From Microthyrium microscopicum (lineage: Eukaryota), in NCBI GenBank assembly GCA_010405405.1, contig MU004237.1, forward strand, positions 1,623,345-1,687,344: a DNA stretch of 64,000 bases, written 5' to 3'. The notes under the pieces are model-generated. The model was given only the letters and a program-made list of their open reading frames with translations. It did no database searches and had not been told where the DNA came from. Position numbers and translations under genes: made by a program. This document shows, piece after piece, positions 26,701 through 40,068 of this stretch; the first letter of the stretch is position 1, and each line of letters starts with the position of its first letter.

Positions 26701-28497
26701 TTCGCCCTCTGCGACGGAAACATGCAGTGTGCAAATGGTGGTTGAGACAATACATCCCATGCCGCCTTTTGACCTACACTATGCCGATTCTTTGCCGCAT
26801 CAACTCTCAATATTGATCCTTTCTATGCGGTCAGTCTTCAATTGTCAATTACATTGGCCAGGTATATCGGCTCTTAATACCGTTGGTTGCTGTTTTCTCC
26901 TACAGTAGCCACCCCGCGTAGGGTCCACAGCGCTCGAGACTATAGGTCAGGCCTGTACCTCCTTATTGACAGGGCTTTCCTGGTCGGCGGATACCAGAAA
27001 CCAGAATAACACTTTGCGCAGTAGTTTTGTTATGGCCGACGCTTGAATCGAAACATGCGCAAACAGGCTTTTATCCTGCGCGCAGGAAACGAAGCTCTCT
27101 GTAGTCTGGGCAGTCGTTGTCGCAACGAGAAGATTCTTCACTTCTCTACTTCTAGCTTGGCAGTTAGATAGACAAGGCAGAGGGAGCTTGATAGCTCTCG
27201 CGATTGTCCCACAGGAGCTCTAAACTCCGAGCGTGGACAACCAAGACAACCTACCTGCACGTTTTCAGAGTAATTAACCGAAAAGGGCATGGCTAGATAT
27301 GCAAGATGTCTGGCACAACCAACAGCAATATCTTAATAATAGGCGGACTGTCCGACCTGCATCATAACGTCGCAGCGAGGCCCACGTCGACTCCCCCAAA
27401 ATTGCCAGGGTGCCGACCGTTTCTTCACCCCTCGACTGCACCACGAATGCCTCCTGCTTGCACTGGGCCAGCGGTGTGTTTGTACTGTCTAGTGCCACAC
27501 GGGGTAACGCTACGTCCGATCTGGCTCTTTGTGTGCCTTCAGTCTCCGCTTTGAAATCACTTGTTTTTTCTTGTCTACTACTGGTAGAGTAGTGCCCACA
27601 CGCCCTTCAGATTGCCTCTCTCCACACCAGGCCAATGATCGTACCTCCTACGATAGCTGCATGTTCCACACTCGACTTCTGCTTCTAAACATACGGTAAG
27701 AAAACACCGCTAATTCTTTTGGTGTCGAGGCAAAGCGTGGCCGGATTGCAAGTATTCCGCCAGGCTGTGGTGTGGTTGGACCGCAAAGCCCATGGCAAGT
27801 ATCGTCTATCCAGTCCAGAGACAAATACAGGGACCCAATGAATGAAGTTGCTACACAGCCCCGCGAACCCGCGGTTGTCGTTACCTCAAATCCGCTGTAA
27901 ATCATCATCATCAAAAAAGATGCTGTTCCCAAAATTGATACCCCCCCCCGGCGCCCGTTAAGACCCACCCGGCGGACACTTGGACCCTTTGCGCTCACCA
28001 GCAAAGCCATGCTCTCCGCCGCCTCAACGAGGCAGAGCAATCCCCGTCAAGATCGAACGCCGTGGCCTCTGTCTTGAGCATGCCCTGTGCATGCGGTCCA
28101 TGGTCCTTGATCGCTGTGGGTCAGTGGTGTTTGGTGCCTCGCTTCCGACAGTCGCTGTGCGCCAGATGTCAAATGTTCAGAGTGCATGGGCTCATCATGA
28201 GCAGGGGTGCTTTTGTTGCTGGCACCTTTGGCTTGTTAAAAGGCACAAAGACTCCCCAAAGCTGAAGATGTCCATCATACCACTAGGCTTACAAACTCAC
28301 GGTACTGCCGAACATCTAGTATTTGACATATATCTTGCCAGACCCCAGGTCCTTCAACATTCAACCCATCCATCCAATATCCACTGCCACCAAGTAGACC
28401 TCTCACATCAATGAGCTACTACTCACATACTATATAACTTTAGCTTCTCTTTTATTCTTATGCTTGCATAGTTGTCCCATCCTCACTATTCTTCAAC

Positions 28498-29538
28498 ATG
28501 CAACGACATTCCAACTCGCCGGCGCAAGCCCATTCTACCCAAACTAGATATCCAGCTACCAGTTCAGCATTCAGTCAATCCGCCCTTCCCGGCGAAGACT
28601 GGACTCGCATCTCAGATCTTGCTGAGCGAAGACGAATCCAGAATCGTATTGCCCAACGCAACTACCGTAAGCATATTTCAGCATCACTAAGAGATGTAAT
28701 ACTCACATCGTGGTTACAGGCAAGAAGCTAAAGAAGAGACTCGAAGATCTTGAGCGCAAGGCTGCTAGCTCGGCTTCACCGGAACAACAACCCGCAGAGC
28801 TCCAGAGGCAAAGGTCGACTAGGAAGAAGACTACGCCATCAGGTTCTCCAGATGTAACACTAAACTCATCACAAGATCTTTCACACATGCAAAGAACAGA
28901 AAGTAGACCAGGGATGCTTCCATTACCAGAGGGTGCCCTCTTCACTGAGCAATACACAAGACAACTCTCAACAAGTCCACCTCCTTCATTCTCATATCCA
29001 ATTGCGACTACACAAGAATCGTTCGCCTATGGTCCTTATCCCACCACCAGCTTTTCATACCCACCAATTAATGCAACATTCCCGGAGCCATCCGCCTACA
29101 GCTATAATCCATTCCCAGCATCATACCCTCCACCTCTCTCTTCCTCGATAGAATATTCAACAAAGTCCGAGTTCTATCCAGATGCGGATTTACAAAACTT
29201 CGCGTTTAGTTTTGCGCAAAATCCAAGCATTACAGCTTCTTCAGATTATTCATACGACTCTAAAATGCCTCAAGTAAATACCCCCAACTTTTCTTCTTGC
29301 TGAGCGTCTTTTGCATTTGCAAATCCCTTTCCATTTCTCTCTTGTCTTCCATTTTGAGTTTGGTCCTGTTTTCGCTCGCAATCCATCCTAGAGCTTCAAG
29401 GACTAACCCGCCTTCCCTCAGACACCTCCACTCTCAGATTGCCACGAATTTTACATCGCGGGCTCTCCACCAGACTCATCAATGCTTCCTGCTACGCCAG
29501 CAGCATACGAGAACAGTCCTCCTCTGACCATGGTTTGA
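28498..29538 (+). CDS. Fungal bZIP transcription factor, 3 exons
   Basis: EDWTRISDLAERRRIQNRIAQRNYR|KKLKKRLEDLERKA across intron 28667-28719; second intron 29274-29421; last exon TPPLSD..MV*. An additional upstream exon cannot be excluded. Confidence 0.88.
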
Positions 29539-32100
29539 ATATCAAGGTTTTTGAACTTTACACACTTCTACTTGAACGTGAGAAACAATTTTAACGCCTG
29601 GAAACGAATCACTACTTTACGCTTGGAATGACTTTTCTTCTTCTTTTCCTAGGCTCTTGGACATTTAAAAAGAGCATCATTCGCTCAAGGATTACCCATT
29701 TGAATAAATTCACTATTTAGCACTGCATACTTGGCGTTCACTATGGCATTTTGGCGACGCATGATAAATATCAGCGGGGGAAAGCATTTGGCAACGGCGC
29801 TTTCGATTCACTTTGCTTTTTTCGTAGGTACATATCTGGGACATTGGAGCTCACACCCCAGGCAAGGAAAAAGGACAGTTGGTACACCATTTTTCACTAT
29901 CATTGGGCCTTCCGTCCATGTTCTATCAATCATGTACAATTTTATCACAGGCTTAGCAGAAAAGCCTGCTTTGAATTCACTACCTTTAGATGCATATAGC
30001 AAGCTACAGGGCAGTCGAACAAATCAAATCTCAAAGATATCATACCAAAACCTTGAATTCCAAAACAAAAGTCTCGCGAAAAAGGTACGATTGACATCAT
30101 ACCCCATCCGCGTTGTCCCATTGAATACCTATGCCTGCGTCAAGCGTACGTACATGCATGCATCGTAAGGCTTGCCGATAACAATTGCCTCAACCCAAAG
30201 TATATCGTACTTCGCTCACTACGTACAGCAACAAGAACCCTTTCGCAACTCAAACGCTCCAGCATATTCCAGTTTTTTGCATTCACGCTACTGCTTAGAT
30301 TTGATCGGTCATCATCGTTGGCGTCGAAGTACTTTCCCGTTCCAGCCAATCTGCTCGCCCAATTCGGCATTCCTTGATTTCAACACATCTCCCCAAAGAG
30401 GACGTGGCGTTCCCTATACGGATTGCACTGATATCTCAAATCTCCAAACCGTCTCTACCTGCCAATCGGCCCTCCTAGCCCAAGTTTAGCCTGGGGCCAA
30501 GTGATATATCAGGCTGCAACAATATCAACCAGGAAGACTGTTTAAATTCTTTCGCGAAATGATTCCCTAAGAGTTCAGGACCCCATGGCGTTGGCTAGTA
30601 TGAAAATGTACATTGTGCTGTTCTAGATTTTCATTGGTTGGAATGGACGTCTTGGGGCGTTCCCAGCCTTGCGAAACGGGACCGTTGGCGTTGGGACTCG
30701 TGAGGAACTTCCCGAGATGGGTGGATGTTTATTCTTAGATTTCATGGGCGCAGTGGTTGAATGTGGCGCTTTAAGTGTGGGGTCTTGCTCAAATGAACAA
30801 CGAAATGATACAATTTGTGGCAGGTGTAATTTCAAACTGTATTCGTGGATCGTGTGCAAATTTCCTGATATATTTACAAGGGAGAAGTGTTTCGAAACCA
30901 CGATGGCGAAGTACCTGGTACGGCTGCGGAGAAAGGGGTTGAACTTTTCAACTATTCATTGGTTGGGAGGGCTTGTTCACTGAGTGCTGTGTACTCTTTG
31001 TAAATGATACCTAACACTATGAATAGATATGTAAATGTGATGAGGAAAACTGGAATTGTCTGGTGGTTGGACGTGTCCGAACCCGATGGACCCTTGATAC
31101 AACCATCACGATCAACGTGTTGTATCACTAGAATGGGGAGTTCTCGCCGAGGTACTGGTATCCGGCCCAGGTAACAAACGGGATTCATAGTGAACTGATC
31201 TACCAACATCAGGGACAAATCTTCTGCAGTCAGGCGAGAGCTGAATACTTGGACATTTCGGAGTAGTAATGATCTTCAGTATGAAGAAAATCCATGTGAA
31301 CTCTTTGTCTCCTCAGACGACTGTGACGACAGGATTATAATATGCAATGTTACACTCCCAAAGTTCGGTGCTACAGCCCTAAAATACATGCACCGCTCTG
31401 TTGACATCAAATCGTAGATCGCATGGTACTGGTATTGCGGTCAAACTATACCGTGCCAAGAGGACATTAAAATGCACTTGCATCCAAAGTATCGGGATAT
31501 TTTAGCGTGTGCATGATTCTCGCCGCGCGGTCGGACTGCTTCAGATCAACCAACGCCTTTCTGAAGATAGCAAACACTTCCACGCCGTCCATTTTTGGCA
31601 ACATTCAGCGACGTGTTGCAACAACCAACAGGCCATCAAATTGCATTGGTTGGAGAGTTTTCGAGAATTCCAAACAGAAGCTAGTAAAGAGGTTTGGTCA
31701 TGGATGGAAGTACGTGGTAGTAAAGGAAATCACCATGGCGCGAGACCAATAGAGTTCTAAACATACAATTCCAATTATGCTTGCTCAAGGCAACCAGATG
31801 TCGAATTCACGGCCGCACTCGTGTATCCGTCCCGACTGATGAATGATCAAAAAGATAGAGGAATCAACTCCGTCGGATATACGAAAACCGACAGGAGGTA
31901 GTCGGATTTAAACAAGGGGGCTGCGGCTGCTTCCGCTCCACGAGGTACTAACCATTTCCGGTTAGCGTAGCCCCCCAGTCTCAACGTCGATCGCCAAAAA
32001 AATTCAAATATTTTATTTTCTCGTGCACCAACAACCCGGCCTAAAAACAGCATCCGCATCATACGTTCAATAACGCCAATCAAATTCAGTGTCCGGTGCC

Positions 32101-34030
32101 ATGGCGAAGAAACGCAAAGGTGGCCCGAGCAAGGCCGCTCAACCTGAAAATCCAGGCTATGAGGATCTATCTGGAGCGAGGCTGAAAATGTCTAGTTGGG
32201 AGGATGTGATGGACTCGGAGGATGAATTTATTGCCAACCGGGAGAAAATTCTGCTTGATGAAGGTCCTGCGCGCAAGAAGGTGCGCAAAATGCGCGAGGA
32301 AGAGGCGCTTTTAGAGGCAAGTGATGATGAGATCCTCGAACTGCCAAGTAGTGAAGATGACGAGGAAAGTGACGAAGAAGAATTTGTGGAAGAAGAGAAC
32401 CAGGACGAGTTCGAAGAGATGGATATCGACGAGGAGATAACTGGAAAGAAGAAAGTTGATCATGAGGAGGAAGAGCTAGAAGGCTGGGGAAATTCTCGGC
32501 GGGATCTTTATGGCGATGATGAGTTGGAGACGGAAGCTGATGCACTGGCACATGAAGAAGAAGCCCGGCGAATTCAGCAAAAGCAACTCATGGAGATGAA
32601 CGATGCTGATTTCGGATTTGAAGACGATGCTTGGACTAACGCCGAACAAGTTGAGAACAACGCTGACATCTCTGGGGAGCACATCACTGAATTACTACCC
32701 ACAGCTACTATTGATGACAACGATACTCCAGAGGAAAGATCTAAGATGCTTCTCGACCGGTATCCGGAGTTTGAAGCTCTCAAAAAGGAGTTTCTGGGAC
32801 TACAGAAGATTTTTACTGTTCTCGAGAAGGCCCAGGCTGAGGATCTTGCCGCTCTAAACGACCACGCCATCGACATGCCAATTCCTTCAAACGTTGTCAA
32901 GTTCCAAGCTCTTGCCTCGTATCTTGGAGTGCTCGCAATGTATTTCTCTTTGCTTACATCGACTGCCAACGACAAAGGAAAATCGCTTGCAAAATCTCCA
33001 TTAGCACTACGAGACCATGATGTCATGCAAGCTCTCGTGCAAGCCCGGAGTACTTGGATGGCTGCAAGGGATCTCGAGGACATCAGCCCAGAATCGAGCC
33101 CCGAGCCAGAAGTAGTATCACGTCTCCATTCTGCTTCGAAGTCCACGAAGGCCAAATCCGCCAAGTCTAAAAAGCCAGAACTATCGCGCACTGAACTTGC
33201 AAAACTTGCGTCAGAGGCCCGCCGAGCTGCTCGTCTTGCGGCTGTGGAAGCCGACTTTGCCGATTTGGATGTTGTATCCTCTAGCAGCAAGCCCCGCAAA
33301 TCCAAGACCAAGCCCGCCGCTTTTGCAAACGATGAAGATTCTGATTTCGGCGATGAGACTGAATTGCTCCCCCATGAAGCCGCTGCCAAGGCCGCCAAGC
33401 GCAAGTCACTCCGCTTCTACACCTCACAAATCGCGCAAAAGGCCAAGAAGCGCAACGAAGCTGGTCGTGCCATTGGTGGAGACACTGATCTACCACAGAG
33501 AGAAAAATGGCATGATCGTCAAGTACGAGCCCAAAACGAGGCAGAGAAGAGAAAGCAAATGCTCGATGAGCATCGTGGCGCCAAGAAAGATGAGCCAGCT
33601 CCACAAGACGACGAAGATGCACTCTACGACAACATCATGGTCAAGTCCAAAGAAGCCAAGGCTGCAAAGAAAGCGGCTGCCACTGCTGCTTATGAGGCCA
33701 ACTCCCTTGGACGGACAGAAATCGCAGATGATCCAATGACCACTGATGGAAAACGAAAGATCTCATACCAGATAGAAAAGAACAAGGGTCTAGCTCCGCA
33801 CAGAAAGAAGGAAGTGCGTAATCCCAGAGTCAAGAAGCGCATGAAGTTTGAACAGAAAAAGAAGAAGCTTTCCAGTGTGAAGGCTGTCTACAAAGGTGGC
33901 CCTGGAAAGGGCGGATACCAGGTAAATCGAGTTTCACATTCTGCGACAGGATCGGAACAACTAACTATCTGTCTAGGGCGAACTTACTGGTATCAAAACT
34001 GGTCTTGTCAAGGGCATCAAGCTGTCGTAA
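32101..34030 (+). CDS. SAS10: SSU processome subunit Sas10/Utp3
   Basis: Acidic N-terminus. C-terminal domain GKRKISYQIEKNKGL..RNPRVKKRMKF..GGYQ|GELTGIKTGLVKGIKLS, with intron 33922-33976. Confidence 0.92.
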
Positions 34031-35281
34031 CCTATACACTCATTCTCAAAGCTTTAGAATCACATATCATGCAAGATCTAAATTTTGGAAACTTTCGAAT
34101 GGCTGCCATTGTCACCGTTTCATATTTAACATTCAGTTCGTGACAATACTCATTTACTCAATCCCGTTGGCGGATATCAGGCTGATATATGCTTGAGCTA
34201 CAGTCTGTGGCTTGGTCCAACCAACAAGGAGTATAGCCTGCCTCGAGGCTCAATCAAACTACAAGCTAAGCCACGACTGACTCGGCAATGCGTAGTCAGT
34301 AGCGTTCAAGGAACTCGGATGAATTATTCGATGTTTTCGCTAGGGTGTTTACTAGGCCTGGTAGCACATGGCAACCTCGGGACCTGACTTCGAAATTATT
34401 TTCAAGGGCTTTTACGAGTAGTCCCAGGGAACCACAACTTCAGTATTCACGATCATAACATCGTCTCCAAATTACTACCTGACTTACTGTATTTCATGTC
34501 CAATGACAGTTATTGAATCAATGCTACCAGCTTCTTTCGCAGAAAAAATCAGTCAGGGTCAATTGGCAGCAGTCCGTGAGTCAACCCAGGAATAAAGGGG
34601 ATGAGTACGTATGATATGTACGATGCTAACCCTCGCGAACCAAAGTCTAAGTTATATTAAGAAATGATATAGGCACACGATTAGCATCTTCTCCGCAAGG
34701 TATGAACTGCACTAGTTTCGTCCTCCTCGACTTTGTTTTTTGTCCGCTTGCTAGCTATCATTTTCCGGTTGGCCCGCCGATATTATGTAACAGTCTTGAA
34801 CTGAAAATGCTACTAGTATTCAGTGTTGCGAAGCGTTTTCGTCAGTCGATACAAACATAGGATCTGCTCTAGGCCACACCAACTTCAAGGTAATATAAGA
34901 CTTGAAAACTGTGAACAGATTAACAACGGGTTGACGAGGGCCTCAAGCGTGCAAGATTCCAGGCGATGGCCAGAATTACGCAAGGCTGGCTCAGAAGCTG
35001 GTCAAGAATCAGATTGGTTTAGACACCTACTTCTAGCTCTCGCGCTAGCAAATGTACACTGTGGGGAGATCTTCGAGAAGAAGCTTAATTTGCACTACTG
35101 ACCATGGATAATTTAGTAAATCCTAAGCTCACTCCAGGGTGATATATTTAATTTTTTGATTTTTGATTTGTTCCTTGGTGCCCGAAACTCAGATCTGTCA
35201 TTTCAAATTGATCTTTGGCATATAGCCACAACTTCAACTTCACGTAGTTCCTCTCGACGTATACATCGATCACAATTCACG

Positions 35282-37022
35282 ATGAAGATGAACGAAGCAA
35301 TGACGACTGGCGGTCAAGCCCGGCGGGACTCAGTCATCAGCCGTCACGATGTCCCGGAAATCGTAGAACACGACCTACTCATCATAGGTGCTGGAATCTC
35401 CGGTGTCAACATGGCATATCGTTTTCAAGAGCGCTTTCCACACATGTCTTATCGCGTTCTGGAAGCGCGCCAGGATATCGGAGGGACTTGGGACCTGATG
35501 CGATATCCTGGTATTCGCTCCGACTCGGATCTTTACACATTTGGCTTCGAGTGGCGCCCTTGGCCAGAGCGAATACCAATTGCCGGGGGTGATAAGATTC
35601 TTAAGTACATGAAAGATTCTGCGGCGGAATTTGGCATAGACAAGAAAATCTGTCTGGGATCAACAGTCCTGGAGGCCAAATGGTCCTCAAAGAGGCAAGC
35701 GTGGACACTGGCTGTGCAGCAAGCGCGGACTGGCTCTGCGCAGGAATTGAGGTACTATCGAGCCAAGTTTTTGGTATATGCTAGTGGGTATGAAGCCAAC
35801 TTTTGAACATAAGAGATTTACTTCGCTAAAAAGTGCAGCTTTTACGACTACCAGAAACCTATGCCAGCTGTGATACCTGGACTGAAAGAGAACTTCATGG
35901 GACAGGTGTATCACCCGCAATTTTGGCCACAAAACGCAAATTATACAGGGAAAAAGGTGGCTGTCATCGGCAGTGGTTCGTAGCTCCTGCTTAATACTCG
36001 GCTACATATACGCGCCATAGTCATCCGTACTGATAGTGCACAGGAGCTACAGCCATAACTCTGATACCAGCGCTTGCCAGGCTAGCCGCAAAAGTCGTTA
36101 TGGTACAGCGCAGTCCGACGTATATAATGTCAATGAACAACAGCGTCGCATATCAGTGGTGGGAAAGATTTCTTCCAATCGCCTTACAGCAACGAATAAG
36201 ACGCCTGATGTTTGTCCTCATGTCTGCGATTATGACGAGAATACCAGCAAGTTGGATGCGCCCTTTCTTGAAACGAAATACTCAGAGAGCACTACCTAAG
36301 CATATTCCATATGATCCACACTTCAAGCCAACGTACGCGCCATTTTCTCAGCGAGTCTGTCTGTGTCCTGATGGCGACTTCTTCGAAGCGCTGCGTGAAG
36401 GCAAGGCAGATGTTGCAACTGGAGAGATCAAGACTGTTACTGAAGATAGTATTATTCTCAAATCGGGGCAGAGAATCGAGGCTGATGTCATTATCACTGC
36501 CACCGTAAGTGCTTCCTCTTACAGATATGTACTGTAAATCTAAGAGTATAACAGGGTCTCAATTTGATGTTTGGTGGAAAGGTTGCCATGTACGTCGACG
36601 GAAGGTTGATGAAATGGAACGAAAAGTACATGTGGCGAGGAGCTGGAATGCAAGACTTCCCCAACTGTGCTATCGTCCGAGGATATACTAAGGCTTCTTG
36701 GACACTAGGAGCGGACGTCACTGCGTATTTAGTGTGTCGATTAATTAGCCACATGGAGAAGGAAGGTCTGAGTTCGGCAACGCCAAAGGTCGCTCAGAAA
36801 GAAGTTATACTGCCAACAAAACAACCAGGAATAGGCGGTCTGACTTCGACGTATATCATGAGAGGTAAAGATGCATTACCCAGAGAGTCAGATCGGACGC
36901 CTTGGAATGGAAGGGAGGATTATTTGAAGGAATTATGGCACGCAAAGTATGGCAATATCACTCAAGGAGTACATTTTACGCCTAGCGGCGACTATGGGAG
37001 TAAGAGATGGGGCCAACTTTGA
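35282..37022 (+). CDS. FAD/NADPH-dependent Baeyer-Villiger-type monooxygenase (EthA-like), 4 exons
   Basis: IIGAGISG, GGTWDLMRYPGIRSDSD, BVMO fingerprint FMGQVYHPQFWP, VIGS|GATA, VQRSPTY. Introns approx. 35788-35838, 35976-36043, 36505-36554. Confidence 0.9.
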
Positions 37023-38840
37023 GCTGCTGACCTCTAGTCCTCATCCTGATTGGATGATGAAATATCGTAAGATCTTCTTCTCCTTTTGTGCCGTTGGGTG
37101 CTCAAAATGGGATTGGTGAAAACTCGGAGGGAGGCAATATGTACCATATGACTGTAGCATTGAATACAACCGGATTGAACTTATGCTTTTTGTTTGGTCC
37201 AATTCATTCATCTCGTACGGGCCCTATGTATCGATTTAGTACCGACCCAAAATGGCCATGATCGCGCTGATGATTCCCCCCACTTGTCCTTTAGTGAAAC
37301 GAATTATCTTCTACGTTGAAAAGTGGTTTTTTTGGACAAGAGATCTAATCGATTCTCGAATGGAATAAGAGGATTTTATCGACAGTTTATGGTAACATTA
37401 TGTTTCTTTCCGTGAGGGACTTCCGCAATGTATTTCAGGAATAGATCAATAGAGCAACGGGATATGAGGTGACCTTTGAATCGCTGTAGTGTTTATACAC
37501 GTTATGAGTAACTTTTGATGTCCAGCGGTGAAGGCGTTACATGTGGTCTAGTTTTGCGAAAATGGCAAGGCTAGTCCTCATAAGTCCAATATCACCTCGT
37601 TCCACGACAGCTTCCATGCTGCGGAGGTAGCTTGGTGACTGAAGTAGCTCAAACTCCCACATTCAATGCGATCGATTCCGGCCTACATCATGTTGAATTT
37701 TTGCTGTTGTCGTACCTGATTTTGCTGTAACTCTCTCAAAACATCTTGAAACTTTCAGAGTCCTTTTTTATGAGAGTCAAAATTGCGGTTCGCCGCTTGC
37801 AGGCTATAAACAATTTTAAAATCTACATTTTCTTGTAGCGCCAACAAGACTTGTATAGCTATCATTAAATTTGAGAGCTTGTACGGAACATAGCATTGAA
37901 ACCTGGTGCGCGGGATGAAATATAAAGCCAGATCGAAGGAACGCTTCGACAAGGCAGAAGACTACAGTAATGAAAACCGGCCATCAAAAGCTGTTCACTA
38001 AGGCCAATTGTCAGTCATATACGCGACACAAATAATCCGTTAGTGACCATACTTTCTTTGAGCACACAGAATAGTAGACGTCCTGGTGGGCAGTCTTTTG
38101 GTACTCAATATTATTACAAGAATGAAAAGAGACGGTGACTGAACTCGCTCCTTGCCTTTTGTGTCAATGGACCATTCCGAGCTATATTTTGGGCTCTTCA
38201 AACTACCTCGCTAAATGCAACTCTTGAACGTCAGCCAAAGATTCGAGCCTCCGATTGTCTTTGCGGCGGGCCTGCGTATCAAAGTCGAGCCACAAGAGTC
38301 GCGTTAATCGTGAGCGCGTCGAACTTAAAATGGACGAGAATCATGGTACTTCGTACCTGAATTCTTTCATCCGAAAAATGCTCCGATTTCCAAGTGAGGT
38401 TGAGAAATCCGAAGCTCTAAGTCGTTTAAGGAAAGGCGTACGAGGAGACAATGCAGAGCTAGTACTGATATAACTTAGCTTCAATCCGCCATGCTCGGAT
38501 CCTTCGCTGCTGGCTCGCATTTCCAGCCTCGCTCTTTCAACTCCTCTCGTAGCCTTTTATATGCTAGATGATCGACTCAGCATAACGAGAAACTGGTGGT
38601 CTAACCCACATGAGTGGATCGTCAAAGATAATGGCTGTTGCAAAGCCACATGTAGGCAGGCGGTGCCGCCGTGTACATACGACATCATGTCAACTGGAAA
38701 TACATAAATTTCTTTCATAAAGAGAAGCTGATCTCGCAGTTGATATGTCTTTCACACCCATTCATCAATCGCATCACATCATAAAAACTTTACTACACGA
38801 TCTTACATAAACTGCAATCTCCTTGTCCGTCTGATTGATC

Positions 38841-39702
38841 ATGGGAGGATTCGACGCGACTACAGACCTTGCAATTGCAGAGCTGGTCATTTACATTCTC
38901 CTGCTACCAGTATTTATCTTTGTTCTAGCACGTCATGGTAAACACGGTATCATCGGCTGGCTTTTCCTCGCTCTCTTTGCTGTCCTTCGTATAATCGCCG
39001 ATGGATTCCAAATCGACGACAGAATCAAGCAAAACAAGGGCGAGCAAGTCAGTTCCACGGGAGCTATCATCAATTCAGTTGGCGTTTCGCCGCTGTTGAT
39101 TGCTTTGGCTTCTATTGTGTGCGAAGCGTAAGTGCTCCAGTCATTCTATCGACTATAGGACCTAGCTTAATCGAAAATCTAGTGCGACATACACTGGCAA
39201 ATTCAAACGCATGCTCAACATCACTATACACGTATTCTTCCACTTTCTAGTTGGCACTGGAATTGCCATCGTTGCAGTCGGAAGCTCAAACCTCTATGCG
39301 CCAGCTAGCTCATCGAATTCATACTCGAGTGACCAAGGCCTCGTCAAAGGCGGTTACATCATCCTTCTATTGACAGTCATCATAATCATCATTCTCGCGG
39401 TATGGACCCGACGAAACCTGAATGCTTCTCAATTATATGAAACCCAGGCACATGCAGAAACCCGCAATGTTCCACGCAAAAGACATGTCAACGCCAAAAG
39501 TCTTGTCAACTGGGCACTGGTGGCAACGATATTTGTCGCAATTCGGGTGATTTATGGGATAGTTTATGCGTTTAGCAATGAGAAGGCAAGCTTGAGTCCT
39601 GCTACTGGTAGCTTTGAGATCAAATTTTGGTTGATCTTCTTGGTTCAGTTGATTGCAGCATGTTGTCTGTTAATTGGTGGAGTTGTGTCGATGGAGAGGT
39701 GA
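38841..39702 (+). CDS. Fungal multi-pass (about 7 TM) integral membrane protein of unknown function, 2 exons
   Basis: Hydrophobic helices (LAIAELVIYILLLP..RHG..GWLFLALFAVLRII; IRVIYGIV). Intron approx. 39128-39182. Confidence 0.78.
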
Positions 39703-40068
39703 TATTTGCGGAAGAGATCGTGGATGGGCTGTATGTCTGATATTTTGCGACAAGTATTTAGCAGGACCTGTATGGAGCTATTGCGAACCTTCAAGATATA
39801 TGTGTGTTTACAAGAAGAATGTTATATCATTTACTTGATACCTTGATAAAACTACAAATGTTCTTATCCTCTACATGCAACAGGCAGCACAAAAGAACAA
39901 CGGCATAATATACAAACAAGACATAAGTTGCCTAAGTCAACCCACAGCTTCTATGCATCAACCTCAGAGGGGTGTTTGGAGGTGTACCATGACAATATCG
40001 CTGTGATTGACTTTGTGGAGCATGAGCACAGCTACCTTACTTGCGGGGATCATTTCATTTGCAAGTAA

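Noticed and set aside
26038..26760. 240-aa minus-strand ORF and overlapping plus-strand ORFs
   Set aside because: Cys/Trp/Arg-rich composition typical of spurious ORFs in GC-rich non-coding DNA; no motifs.
32574..33404. 276-aa antisense ORF
   Set aside because: Codon-bias shadow of SAS10. The same applies to antisense ORFs over OLA1, SSD1 and the AT-hook gene.
33922..34143. Read-through C-terminus of the 684-aa SAS10 ORF
   Set aside because: Artefact of an unspliced intron; splicing restores the conserved GELTGIK end.
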